The notes: a model not told the origin generated them from the letters alone. Positions 24,763 to 37,137 are shown, counted from the first letter of the whole stretch. The stretch is 59,145 bases of DNA, filler included, from Sphacelaria rigidula (GCA_964200075.2; 7 parts of 7 records of this genome joined end to end with filler, not necessarily neighbours in it); one strand, 5' to 3'. Program-made: numbers and translations.

Positions 24763-25946
24763 TGACGTGTGTCACACATGCCTCGAACATGTTCACCGCA
24801 GACGATGATCTTAACATGTCTCAAACGGACGGGGCTACGGGGTGTCGAGAAATCGAAACGGCCGCTCGGAAGCATCCACCGTCACCCGCGGGGGCATCAG
24901 TTGCCGCATCCATGAAGTTCACGGTTTTACTTCCTTGACTGCTGTCTGTCGGGTGTGTTGAGTGTTGAGGAGTCATTCAGCTTTTCTTTTCTTGGTGTGT
25001 GTATATGCACTACAAGTTCAACTTCATTCCTACCGTGTATTTATTTTACAGTGTTTTTACAGTGGTAAGTTGAGAGCTGCACAGGAGTTCGATGATGGTT
25101 GTACGATGAAGGTGTTGAGTTTTTTTAATTGAGCAATTGATGGCTGAAGGATTCCAGACTTTCATCCCGCCCTCGCCGCCGCCCTCGAGGTCAAAAGTGT
25201 TATGACTATGGCATGCATGATCATGAGTACACACCCCACTCTCACCCCTCCCCCCCCCCCCCCCCCTACCCCCACACCGCAACCCCCCAAACACNNNNNN
25301 NNNNNNNNNNNNNNNNNNNNNNNNNNNNNNNNNNNNNNTTAATTAATTAANNNNNNNNNNNNNNNNNNNNNNNNNNNNNNNNNNNNNNNNNNNNGAGATT
25401 GCCTGCTACGTTTTTGGTTGAGCATTGGGTGCTCGAGCCATATAGCTCTAGACTCTACCGAACACGCTAGCGTGTTCCTTGGAACAAAGAGTAGAGTAAT
25501 CACGTTAGATAGCAAGGCTGTATCATGAGCGGTACAGGAGAAGAGCGGAGTGTGGTGGAGGAGCTGGAGGCTCCACCTCAGGCGTTGGTGATACACCGGA
25601 GGACTACCACAGCTTTCAAGAATGGAAAGCGTCTCGAGCTAGGGGAATTTCTACAGCTGGGGGCACAGAAGCGCCTCGGCTAGAAGCCCAGGAAGCAGCA
25701 GCCCCGAGAGAATACGGGGCTGACACAACACTCACAGGGTCGGCCGGTCTGGGATTGGGTCGACTAGGGGCGGGGGCGGGAGCACCGCCCAGGGGCACAG
25801 CAGGTACCCATGCCCCTGGCACATCGTTAGGAATGATGTTTGGTCTTGGTTTTCCCAGTACAGGGGATATGCTAGATGTCGATAGCAGTTACAAAACCGA
25901 GGAAGTACACAACCAGCGTCGTTATTAATGAAGGTAGTTTAGGACC

Positions 25947-26830
25947 TTGGAAGCAAAAGATATCGCCAAGTTCACAAGTAACAAAAGTCATAGATGGACG
26001 ACTTTTAAGTATGATGTAGAGCGATATGCGTTCATGTGGAGTTTCGGAGATGGATTGTCTCGCGACCCACCGCTGTGTGCTGATCCTCTAAATAAACCGC
26101 AGCTATTAGGGTTGGGTATCGGTCAGGACGACATCAAGCGAGCTCGCTTTGCGTATATTTTGCTTTTCAACATTGTCAAGGATCCGGTCGCGAGACATAT
26201 CCTTGTGGATTCGCGATCACCGTCCATAGCATGGCGTGCATTGGACGAAACGTTCTCTCCCAAAACCTCGGGAGCTAAGATGGATGTCTTGAACGAGTTC
26301 AACAATCTGAAGTACACAAAAGGGCAGGATATAGACGAGTTTTGGATCCACCTACAGTCAGTGCACTCGCGTTCTGTAACGTTGGGGTTGGAGATTCCCC
26401 GTGAGATGATAGTGGATAAATTCCTTAACTCCCTCACTGCCGAGTACACCACAATTCGAGATCAGTTGCGTTTCGAACCATCACTATTGACTGACAAGAC
26501 CCGAGCCGTTGTAAAGGATAAATTTCTGTCTTTGAAGAAAACGGGTACTTCGCTTGGTAGTGATCACAACCGTGCCTTTTATGCAGGCAATAAGGGTTCC
26601 GGCTACAGGAGTAAGAAAAAACGAGGCGGGAAGTCGCGGAAATCCGTGGCTGGATCAAGTGATGGAAATACACAGTCGGATGAAAAAAACAGGGGGTGAC
26701 GGTAGTTCCTCGGATAAAAAGGAAGCTGTAGAGAAGAGAAGCCTCACCTGTTATGAGTGTGGAAAACCTGGTCATTTTAAATCTGAGTGCCCAGAACGTG
26801 TCTGCGAGGTGTGCGGAGGAAAGGGCATTC
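25947..26830 (+). pseudogene. Copia A gag with CCHC zinc knuckle
   Basis: SPSIAWRALDETFSP...IVDKFLNSLTAEYTTIRDQL (Copia gag). After a frameshift it reads CYECGKPGHFKSECP (~26747-26791). Confidence 0.9.
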
Positions 26831-26959
26831 GAAAGAATTCCACAAAATGGTCGCAATGTACACATCTGACTCAGTAGAGTTTGGTTTTGTAGCAGTCGGG
26901 ACTGACGAGTACGCGTCTGCAGCAGATGGTACCCGAGGGGACTGCCCAGTTCTTGACGA

Positions 26960-29080
26960 CGGAGGGAAAGAGGTCTGGATTGCAGACAGTGCTGCAACAT
27001 GTCATATGACCCCTTCGCGTCACTGCATGCATGACTATGAGCCTTGCTCTCATCGTTCGGTGACGGTGGCTAACAGTCAAAAGGCGCCGATTGTAGGCTT
27101 TGGAAAAATCTTGTTGGCAACAGGTAGTGGCGAAGACAAGTTAACAGTCAGTATCAAGCGCGTGGCACATGTGCCTGCTTTGGACGTGAACCTTTTCTCC
27201 TTGCAGAGTGTAGTGGTTGAGCATGGGTTGCCGATTAGACTGACGAGAAAGGGCACTGAAATCACGTTGCCCGGTGGAAAGAAACTGCTTTTAGAAAAGG
27301 ATGGCAGAAATGATGTCGTGAACGCAACCCACCGTTGCCTGTCATCCAATTGTTCGTCGAAAACCCATCAGTTTGACCCCGATAAATCCGCGCAAGCTGT
27401 CCTTGCCCCGGGCAAGATGCCTGTTGACCGTAATCAGGTGGACATGAATTTGTTTCACCAGTCACACGGGCACCTGCACGAGGGTTTGTTGCGAGAAACG
27501 GCGAAACAGCTGGGGGTGACATTGGTTGGCAAGTTGCACGAGTGCAAAGGCTGTTCAATGGCAAAAGAGTTGCAGAAACCCATCCCTACGTCCACCACCG
27601 CGCGTGCAGCTAAGCCTTTAGAGCGTGTGTTCATGAATGCGTCTTTTAGAGTAGTCCACCTCTAGTACACGTACGTGCAGGGTCATGATGATCAACAAGT
27701 GGAACAATCTGCAGAGGCGTTTTCTATTGGTTGATGGACTTGCGGGTCTGATCGGCAGACTATGTGGACTTGAACATCACATGCTTCACGCATGTGGTTA
27801 CTGCCGATAACGAAGGCTGTGTGTTTATGAATAACAACTGTCTTGAAGTCTCCAGGCTCTAGTGAGGGAGGAAGGCCTTGGAGCAATCTTGTGACCTTGT
27901 TCTAAGTCCAGGAGGGCTCTATAATAAACTTATATCAGGAGGAACCCGCTGGTTTCTGGAAGAGATTTTTCAGCTGTGGACAGCTGCGGAGAAATTATAT
28001 CAGACTGTGAACACACGAGTGTGCATTATGTTAGTGAGGGAGCTCGCTGGCAACGGAGAGACGGCTAGGTTGGCTGGAACTGTTGCGTGTAGCTATGGCA
28101 ACGCGCAAGAAAGTGGGTGATGGCGATGGAGGCGAAGAGGTGAAGTTTAAGTTCACTGAGCTTATGCCTGCGAAATCGCTGAAAGCCCCAGAGTACGGAC
28201 GGCATTATAGCGTAAATGCGTCCCGACGTTTTTATCAGAAATACGTCGGGTATGAAGAGGCGGTCAAAATGAACAACAAAGGACGTAGCATGCATGTGGT
28301 GACTTCCGATAACGAAGGCTGTGTGTTTATGATAACAACTGTCTTGAAGTCTCCAGGCCCTAGTGAGGGAGGAAGCCCTTGGAGCAATCTTGTGACCTCA
28401 TTCTGAGTTCAGGAGGGCTCTATAGTCTGGCCCGAAATTGGTCGAGAGGTGGCATGAGTTATGCTTTTCTCATCCGGGATGATCTCACCCGGAAAATCTG
28501 GATGTATTTTGGTAAACATAAGTCTGACACCACGAGGGCATTTAAGCAATACCTCACTGATGTAGGAGCACAGTGCATCCCTTCAGTCGTGGAGACCGTA
28601 AGATCTGACGGTGGTGGAGAGTTTTCAGTTTTTTTAGTGATCTGGGTCGTGAGCGTGGCATAAGGCAAGAGTACACCCCAGCAGATAGTCCCGAGTACAA
28701 TGGTGTTGCCGAACGGGCAATCGCGATGGTTGAGAAAGCCGCTATGGCAGCTAGGATTCAGGTAAAGGTGCTGTATGGTGTGGATGTTCCGGCAAGGATG
28801 TGGGCTGAGTCGTATCGTTGGGCAGCAGATGCGTTGAACCGTTCTGCTACCTCTGCTAATCCTGGGAAGAAGTCCCCAGATAAGATGTTTTACGGTGAAG
28901 TGCCTGAAGTCAAGCTTCTCCCTTTCTTTACGGTTAGGGTTAAGAGGACGTCGAAGTGTCGAAAGCACAGGAGTGTTTTTACTTAGGGCCTGGCTACAAC
29001 TACCCCCGTGATACCATGAGAATGCAGACGAAAGGCAGATATGTAATCACTACTCGCGATGTTACTTGGCAGCACTCACC
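26960..29080 (+). pseudogene. Copia A protease, GAG-pre-integrase and integrase (interrupted by an insertion)
   Basis: WIADSAATCHM; HQSHGH...CKGC; ERVFMNA|SGPK; FLIRDDLTRKIW; VRSDGGGEF; YNGVAERAI; MWAESY; CFYLGPG. Confidence 0.9.
27645..28424. mobile_element. 780-bp insertion in the Copia A integrase, containing a ~133-bp internal direct repeat
   Basis: It is flanked by GTCT/GTCT, and removing it restores ...VFMNASGPK. Repeat copies lie at ~27791-27923 and ~28292-28424. Confidence 0.75.
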
Positions 29081-29699
29081 TCCCCCAAAACCGCAGCAAG
29101 CGGTTCCGTTTCTTATGTCGGGAGAAGAAAACTCACAGGATGTGGAGAGCGGAGAGAGCGATGTCGAGAGCTCTGATTCTGACTCTGACGAGTCGGATCT
29201 CAGCACTGGTGGGGGGGTTCCGGTTGGTGCTTTGTCAGAGGAACCTTAACGTGTGGCAGATGCGATGGTGGAACCTGATGGGATGGTGGGACTTGAGTAG
29301 GAGCGGGGCGGTAACAGCGGCGAAGAGTCCGACCATCAGCCGTCTGCTTCGTCTTCATCCTCTGATGATGATCTTGCGGAGACATTGTCTGTCGGCGGCG
29401 GCGGGGATGCCGCGAATCGACCTGACTCGGTTGAGCCGACACTTGGCCGGACACGGCAACAGACACGTGCCTTGCTGCAGCAGCGTCAGGAGCAGCGACG
29501 TCAACAACAAGTTCCAGACCTGCGGGAGCATGAGGGTGATCATAGTGCGTTGTGGACACCCACGGGGGACTTTGTGGGCTACGGGGCAGATCCTAGCTCA
29601 GCTGGCAAGCACGGAGGACCCAAGACACTCAGGGGAGTCTGGGTTGGAGTTGATCCCACATGTAACTCCTGAAGAGATTGAGTCAGCCCCCAAGTCTGT

Positions 29700-31203
29700 A
29701 AAGGATGTGTACAGTTATGAGTACAAGAGTGTGTGGTTGGACTGAAGAAGGAAGTACAGGGGTTGGAACGCAATAACACGTGGGCCGTAATTGACTCACC
29801 CCCGTTTGGAGAGAAATCAGTAGATTCGAAGTGAGGTTTTTGTGAAAAACCAATTAACATGGTTATGTGATGAAGGTTAAGGCTCGACTGGTTTATAAGG
29901 GTGATCGGCAAGAAATTGGCGACATTCCGACGTTCTCACCAACCCCACCCAATACGACTAATCGAGTAGCTGCAGCGGTAGCTTGGGCAGAGGGAAAGAA
30001 GATTTTTCATTTTGACGCTGAGCAAGCTTTCGTTCAGTCGGAAGTAGAGGATGACGTGTACATGAGGTTATCGCCAGGTTTGGGTGAACGATCTGGCACT
30101 GTCGTGCATTTGCACAAAACGCTTTATGGGTTGAAGCAAGCTGCTAGAGAGTGGTATGGGAAACTGGGGAGAACTCTGAAAGGTCTGGGTTTCGAACAGA
30201 GTTTGATTGACCCGTGTGTGTTCAGGCTGGTAGACGGCGAGAAGGTCAAAGTTCTGATTATTGTCCACGTCGATGACATGTTCGTTGTAGGTGCTGAGTC
30301 TGAGTGCAACAAGTTGACAGAGGATCTCAACGCACATTTTCCAACGAAGAACCTTGGGGAGCTGGTTTGGTACGCAGGATGCGAGTACAAACACGATCTC
30401 GAGAAAGGGACCCTCAAATTGTCTCAGACTGCGTATATTCAGCGGATTCTTGAAATATTTTCGATCAAAAAGACCGCTGAAACCCCCGCGCTTGTTTCTT
30501 CTGACTTCAAGGTGGATCAGGGAGAGGATTTCGAGCGGAGGTACCGTGAGGCGGTGGGATCTTTGATGTGGATCTCCATCAACACCCGCCCGGACATCGC
30601 TGACGCCGTGAGAGCTGCATCCCGCCACAACTAAATCTTGACGTCTGAGGACTGGCGCAAAATGTTGCGGATTTTCGAGTACCTCAAGACAACGGTAGAC
30701 TTGGGAATCACGTATGCTAGGGGTTCAAGTGACGAGTTGGTGGCGTATGCGGACGCAGACTATGCGAAATTCGAGGATCGGCGTTCAGTGTCGGGAGGGG
30801 AGATATGTTTCTGCGGGGCTGTTGTTGGATTTTTCTCTCGCACTCTAAAGAATGTAACTCTCTCTTCTACTCAGGCTGAATACGTAGCGATGGACGACGT
30901 AGTGAAGGATGCTTTGTTCGTGAAGGCGGTGCTGAAATTTATGCAGCCGCAAAGGAAGGAATTTTGTATGCACTGACGGGTTTGAGGATAACCAGGGGGC
31001 GATTCAACTCGCGAAACTCCGCGAAGCTCCCACGACAGCAAGCACATTGATGTGCGTCATCATTTTCTGAGGGAATTGGTGTCTGAACAAATAATTCGAG
31101 TGAAGTATGTCAACTCTCTTGAGCAGCATGCAGACGTTTTGACGAAACCCTTGCCTGTTGGTAGCTTCAGGTACCACAGGAATGTTCTGATGAACATCAA
31201 GTG
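29700..31203 (+). pseudogene. Copia A reverse transcriptase (RVT_2) and RNase H
   Basis: KARLV, FDAEQAFVQS, LHKTLYGLKQAAREW, IIVHVDDM, YREAVGSLMW, TRPDIA, AYADADYA...DRRSVSG, LSSTQAEY, KHIDVRHHFLRE, QHADVLTKPL. Confidence 0.95.
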
Positions 31204-31229
31204 ACTTTGACAATCTTGAAAGTGAAAGC

Positions 31230-31475
31230 TCGTGTCATGATGACATGGTTGTTCATGTGAACAGGTACACTGAGTGAACATGTACATGTGCGGATAGATT
31301 AATGCGGACGTGCGGGTACTGGTAGTCGAGTGTGCGTGACTACAGTACCCCGCTCATGGCCGCTACCCCGCTGCCATGAGCGCTCACTCAACATCTGGTC
31401 CCTCAGTCTAGGCACTCTCCAATAATATAGAACTATCTATCGTTCGCCACGGGCCACGGCATACACTAGTGTTAC
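31230..31475 (+). promoter_or_regulatory. Probable LTR between Copia A and Copia B
   Basis: It lies between the RNase H stop and the gag B start, has a TATA-like aataatatag at ~31421, and ends TGTTACA. The 5' boundary is uncertain, and no second LTR copy is in the contig. Confidence 0.5.
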
Positions 31476-33757
31476 AACCGGTTGGGCAGACTGGCACAAG
31501 AGGGTGATAGGCCTGCTACAGTTATGGGTGAGCAGAGTGTTACAGAGGAGTTGCGAGAGGTGCGTAATCAGATCAGTTCCTTGGCTCAGCTCATGCGTGA
31601 TATGCAGCTAAGCCAAGCTATATTACAGAGTATCTTGGACAATATGAGGACAGTAAGAGAGGCCGGGGGCGCAGAAAGCAACGGCGTCCTCGATAGTGAA
31701 GGTTCTCATAATGAACGGGAGGAATTGAACATATATAGAACAGCGGGACTGCGTGGTGCTGGAGTTCGACGAGAGCGACGGTACATCGGGAGCCAAGCTG
31801 TTCCAGAGGACGGAGCGCGCGACGCGAGGGACTACAGGGTCACCAGTGACGAAGCTACACGGGTGGCCACTGGGGGGAGTAAGGTGGCCATTTTGGGACC
31901 TCATCCACCTTTGGCAAGGTCCGCGGGTTGGGTAGACAACTGAAGAGCATTTACACAGCATGGACAGGATCGAAACAAAACATGTCCCAGTCTGTAGGCG
32001 GGTGACTCCCCTGTAGACTGGAACATGCTTTGTTTCGAACCCGTCCATGCTGTGCGAATGCTCTTCAGTTGTTCACCTAATCCGCGGACATTATCAAATG
32101 TGAATAAGGTCCCAAAATGGCGAGGTTACAGACCCTAGTGGCTATCCGCGTAGGGGGGTTGTCTCCGCACGTAAGTCAATTCAACTTGACGATACGAGTG
32201 GAAATGTGTCAAGGGTTTCCGCTTTTCGACAGAACGTCCCAGAATGTTCAGGGAAGAGCGCGGGTTATGCTCAGTACAAGCACGAACTGGTCAACTTCGC
32301 AAGGGGCAAAGGAGTTGACTGGGTATTCACCATGGCCGGCGATAGCTCTCACGATGTAGACGTCGTTAATCCTGAAATAGAAATAGGGTATCTAGAGAGT
32401 AGATATGGGAAGGACACAGTGGCGGCCAACGTGAGGGCCAGACGAACGCTTGTAGCTAGTTTGGAAGGGAGGAGAGAGCAAGATATTTTGCTCAGAATCC
32501 ACTCACCTGCTACGGTTTGGAGAAACCTCGAGGATGTCTTTCGCCCCAAAACAAATGAAGCGAGAACCGCTTTGTTGGAAACGTTTGATGGAGTCATAAT
32601 CGGTGTTCGTGATGATCCAGAGCAGAAGCTGCTCGAGATAGAGAAACTTGCACGTAACCTGAACTCATACGAGGAGCATGAGCGACTAAGCGAAAACCGT
32701 ATCATCTTGAAATTCCTCAACGCCTTGCCTTTCGAGTATTATATCCAGAAACAGCTCCTGGAGGATCGAGAGGAACCGCTGACACGAGAGGTTGTGTTGA
32801 CTTCGATTCGAAAGTGTTTCGAATCAACATCTTTGAAACAGGAACTTGCCCGGGGAAAGAAGTCATCCCCGGGCGACCAGGCTCTTCTTGCCGGGGGTGG
32901 GACCGAAAAACCGAGCGGTGCTCACGGCAAGGGAAAACCGAGAAAATCCCAGGGCTCTGGTCAGAAAAACGGCGGGAGCCAGAGTTCAAGTAGCTCTGGG
33001 TCAGCATCATCGGACGGCAAACCGGCGACTGGGCAGCTGCTCCGCTGCCACGTTTGCGACGAGAACACGACGCATCGGGCCAGGAACTGCCCGAAGAGAT
33101 ACTGTAGGAGGTGCGGCCAGCAGGGGCACACGTTCTGGGACCGTCCGAGATCGACAGCGAAGAAAGAAGACGCGGTGATGGCGACGGGCGCGGACGACGA
33201 CAGCGACAGCTCCTCCGTCTGTTTGGTGGCGGATGGGGAGGCTTTCACCTCTCTCGACACCACCATCAACGGCGACACAGGCGAGTATGCATTGAGTGTT
33301 GAGCGGGGGGGAGATAGTCAGCAGGGTGAGGGCGAACAGCGGGTATTTGACACGGGGGCTACCCAGCATTTCTCCCACGATTCCCATGGGATGACGGAGT
33401 ACAGAGAGTGCAAGGGTAGGGTACTGCGGTGCGCGGGAGGTAGTACTTACCCGATCATAGGCAGAGAAAATTTGTCTCTCGCCTTCAGATCTGACGGACA
33501 GGATGTAATCCTCAAACTGGTGGATGTTAACCATGTACATGGTGTCCGTCATCACCTCTTATCACTTACAAGGGCCCAACAAATGGGATACACCTACACT
33601 GGTTTTCGTGATGGTTTGAGGGTAGATCTCAATTCAGGCAATAGACTGATAACACCCGGACAACCACGTCAACTCAGAATGTACGCCCGCCGCCTCGATC
33701 AAAGTGGTAGTGACAAGTGTGCTTCGGCATATGCTGTTATTGCCCCGGGGGCTCCGC
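31476..33757 (+). mobile_element. Ty1/Copia LTR retrotransposon B (different family), truncated by the contig end
   Basis: A 5' ORF starts at ATG 31524 (coiled coil). ORF 32206-33757 has gag SPATVWRNLEDVFRP and ILKFLNALPFEY, knuckles CHVCDENTTHRARNC and CRRCGQQGH, protease VFDTGATQHF, and ends AVIAPG as Copia A does before its pre-integrase. Confidence 0.9.
31855..32153. repeat. Long imperfect inverted repeat (hairpin) in the 5' gag region of Copia B
   Basis: Arms of ~145 nt fold around a loop near 32001-32006, for example gccattttgggacc / ggtcccaaaatggc and acaactgaagagcatt / aatgctcttcagttgt. Confidence 0.9.
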
Positions 33758-34289
33758 NNNNNNNNNNNNNNNNNNNNNNNNNNNNNNNNNNNNNNNNNNN
33801 NTTAATTAATTAANNNNNNNNNNNNNNNNNNNNNNNNNNNNNNNNNNNNNNNNNNNNGGGGGGGGGGGGTACTCAGGCCGTCGGCAATTGGAGCGTTCTC
33901 GCACTCGGTAAAGCACTTGGAAAACACTAGGCGACGGATAAGCGTGGGCATGTCCGAACCGCCGCCTAGCGTGGCTGAACAGCCGGCGAAGAAACAAGTG
34001 TCATACATTGGGAGAGGGGGGGGGGGCGTACTCATTTGTTGCTTGCCCACGCAGTCTTTTCGAAACGGAGCACCGTTCCTGCTCGCAATAGAGACACCGC
34101 CAACATTTCGTTGCTCATTTCGTTTTTTCATACATTACACAAAAAATACACATTTTATCCCCATCCTGTTTCGCCGGCTGTGGTCACCATCTATCTCCTA
34201 GTATAGCCGTCGATATCTCCCTACTGTCTGATGCATAAAACGATTTTATGCCACTTTTTTCACGGCCCACATTTCCCCCTCCAGCACGT

Positions 34290-34605
34290 CCCGTTCCTCC
34301 TGTTATTGTTCACATTTCTGTCACTCTATGAGTTCCTTTCTCTGTTGCTTCGCCACAGGGGCAATTCTGTGCATCATGTACTTCCTCCTCCTCTCGACTA
34401 CTGGTATATATCTTCCTTCGTTCTGTCAGGTTCAGGTTCCACGCTCGAAATCGCAGTTTCAATTGTTTTTGCGCGTCTGTTGGGCCATGCAGACACGTTT
34501 TCATCCCTATCCCCACTCTCAACCCACCGTACATTTTTCAGGTGTTCTTCCTCGTCTACTTTGCGTCTGAGCGTTTCTTTTCTTCTTTTTCTCAAGTATG
34601 TGTGT
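34290..34605 (-). mobile_element. LINE remnant: C-terminal part of ORF2 with a CCHC-type knuckle
   Basis: YGGLRVGIGMKTCLHGPTDAQKQLKLRFRAWNLNL...CPCGEATE..THRVTE matches the post-RT Cx(1-2)C...HxxxxC region of non-LTR elements. It is frameshifted. Confidence 0.65.
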
Positions 34606-35527
34606 GTACTCATGATCATGTATGCTATAGTGTGGAGGGCGAATTAAAGGAAAGGAGGAACACGTTGAAAGGAGCACACAGGAAGGGTGGGGTAGGGGGC
34701 GGTTGGAGCGTTTCGGAAACGACTGAACTCAGCCCTTCTTGGTGCACAACGTCTGACCAATCATGAGAGCATCGATGCCTTGGAAACATTGCTGACGATG
34801 AGGTCTCCCACGGTGAAGCGACACCAGCCAAACAACTGTGTCGTACTATTTTCTGAGCCCCCGAACGATGCTAAATCAGCGCCGATATAGTCAATTTTCG
34901 GTCAGATATGAAGAATAGGCATGCATACAAACTGTCGCCTACAGGGAAACCCGTCCGTCATCACTGCCGAAAATCAAAAGGTTGCCGCCCTCGCAAGGCA
35001 CAAAAACAAATGGTAAGCCTGAGCTTCAGCACACATAATGTTTCCTGGGTTCCAAGGGCAATACCTATCCTGCAGCTCGGCGACCGCAGCAACTGGTTCG
35101 ACAACACCGTGCGGCAGGGATCGGAAATGAGCAACCTCCAGACATTAACATCCTCGGAGGAGCCTGCATTCAGTATCGTTAAAAGATCGCTGCACCTGAT
35201 GAGCGCTCTACGGACCCCTCCGCCTCCCCTGCTTGTCCTGCATCACGTTGCCGTATTCCCGACGTTTCTGTCGGGAACCAGTGGCTGGCTCTCCGCGACG
35301 TCAAGATCCGGTATCTCACCAACGTACCTTGAGACGATTGATTTAGCTGCGGCACCCTCCCTTACAAAGTTCGATAGTTGCCCCCAATACTATGGATTCT
35401 CCGGTAATTTTAACGAAGCTCGAATGAACTATATCCAAGTTCCCGGACGTATCCTAAACGAAGTCCGTCGATGAAGAGACCCATGAATGCCCAATACCCC
35501 CTCGTCCGTCTGCGTCAACCGCCTCAC

Positions 35528-35768
35528 CATTATAGAGCAAGCCATCATCGAAGTCTGGGCGGTACTTGCGCTCCCGCGTAACGGTCACGGGCCCCGCTAT
35601 ATCGACGCAACCATCGCCAACGCTGTCCCCGTCATCGTCAAGGTGGAATGCCACGCGAGATCGCACAACCTCCCCTTCCATCCCTGGTCCTTGGCCTGAT
35701 TGTGGGTCGCTCCTCCCTGGCACTAGGCCCACCTCCAGCTTCAGCGAGCGGGAATCTCCTGCGGCTTT
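35528..35768 (-). CDS. Same gene, exon 4
   Basis: tggcag|AAA ... AATG|gtgagg, phase 0/1. It reads SLKLEVGLV...VRSRVAFHL...VTVTRERKYRPDFDDGLLYN. Further exons were not resolved. Confidence 0.75.
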
Positions 35769-36349
35769 CTGCCATGGAGTTGTCAGGGATCAAAGGTCAG
35801 AAGGCGGGGGGTGGAGACGAGGGCGGACAGGGCATGACATCTCCTGATCGTGCGGTTACTTCAATAATATCTTGCGTGTCACAATCCGTGCGGTAAGTGG
35901 GGGACTGCATCAGGAAGGATGGGCTTCTTCGTAGGCACTTGACGTTTGCGATCCGGAACCCTGAATCGGCCGTAGGCGGTGAGGGTCTATGGTATGTTCG
36001 CCTCAAAGAGCGAAACAACTGACAATTGTTGCAACCAGCGAAAATAGGAAACATTCAGTCAGCATGTACAGATGTGGCCATCCAAGTGTTACGCTCAACG
36101 AAAAAGAACGGCGACAAACGAGCGTCCCTCTGATGAGATAGATGCCTAGCAACTCGGCTAGTGGACAAGTTCGCGTCCCCTTGACTTTCACGATCTCCGA
36201 GAGAAAGAGAGAGACCAATATTTGGCGTGAGCAAGGAGAGGGGTGGGCGAAAGTTACGCGACCAATGGGCGCACATACGCAAGTGGGCAAACTCTTGGCC
36301 TTGTAATGACAGCAAACACACATACGCTAGTACCTCTATACATGCTTAC

Positions 36350-36434
36350 CGTAGCGAGGAGGTAGCTTCCGTCGGCGAACGTTGCAAGGGTCACACCCTC
36401 TCCGGACAAGGGCGACTCGGTCACGTCCACCTCC
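36350..36434 (-). CDS. Same gene, exon 3
   Basis: cgtcag|G ... ACG|gtaagc, phase 2/0. It reads EVDVTESPLSGEGVTLATFADGSYLLAT. Confidence 0.75.
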
Positions 36435-37009
36435 CTGACGTATCACCAGCGCCGGCGCCACCGAAGTCCCGGCACCCGCAATCGGGCGTTGGGGCAGACA
36501 AAGAGTCAGCCCGCATGGATCAGAGTCGATGGCACACCATCAGCGCAAAATACATTGCGGCAGAATGAGGTGATATTCGGTGCCTCTCCGCTCAATCGTG
36601 TAAGCGTGGAACTGGGAAGCAGGTCCGGGTCACGGGTGGTCGAAGGCAGGTCCAACAGTACAGTACATGCTTCGTGGACGGCTGTCGCGGAGTAGACACC
36701 GCCGGAGAGATCTATTCACCAGCGAGGCGGTATTCTATACCGCACTCTGGCATTATAGGAGTCTTCGACATCATCATGCAGCATGCGAAGCCGTACCGCG
36801 CGTTGTTTCGCGCGAGGCTGAACAACCTTTGAAAAGCGGCATCGAATGCTACGCAGGTTTTGGTGCTGCCTTCACCTGACTCGATTCATCAATGTCTTGG
36901 GGCGTACCACTACACAACGGCACTGTAACCCGAGGGTTACAGAGCACAGAACACATAGCACAGTAGAGTACAACAAGGGACAAGAGAACAGCAGCAGCCC
37001 AGAACTTAC

Positions 37010-37137
37010 ACGGCAAGGAGGTCCAGCTCGCAGCCAGTCTCCGGGAACACCGTCCCCCGCTTCCTGTACAGGTGGCTCCCTTCGCCTCCGGCATCCTCAA
37101 GCCGACGTTCGCTTGTCAGGGTTTCGAAACCCCACAC
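37010..37137 (-). CDS. Same gene, exon 2
   Basis: ttctag|GTG ... GT|gtaagt, phase 0/2. It reads VWGFETLTSE...LYRKRGTVFPETGCELDLLA. Confidence 0.8.

Larger units (their letters stand above)
25395..31203 (+). mobile_element. Ty1/Copia LTR retrotransposon A, degenerate, 5' end at the contig edge
   Basis: Domain order is gag - zinc knuckle - protease - pre-integrase - integrase - RT - RNase H, the Copia order. Many stops and frameshifts are present. Confidence 0.95.

Noticed and set aside
31940-31995. Hammerhead-like core CTGAAGA...GAAAC...GTC in the Copia B hairpin arm
   Set aside because: Stems I and II do not pair properly next to the core, so the match is probably coincidental.
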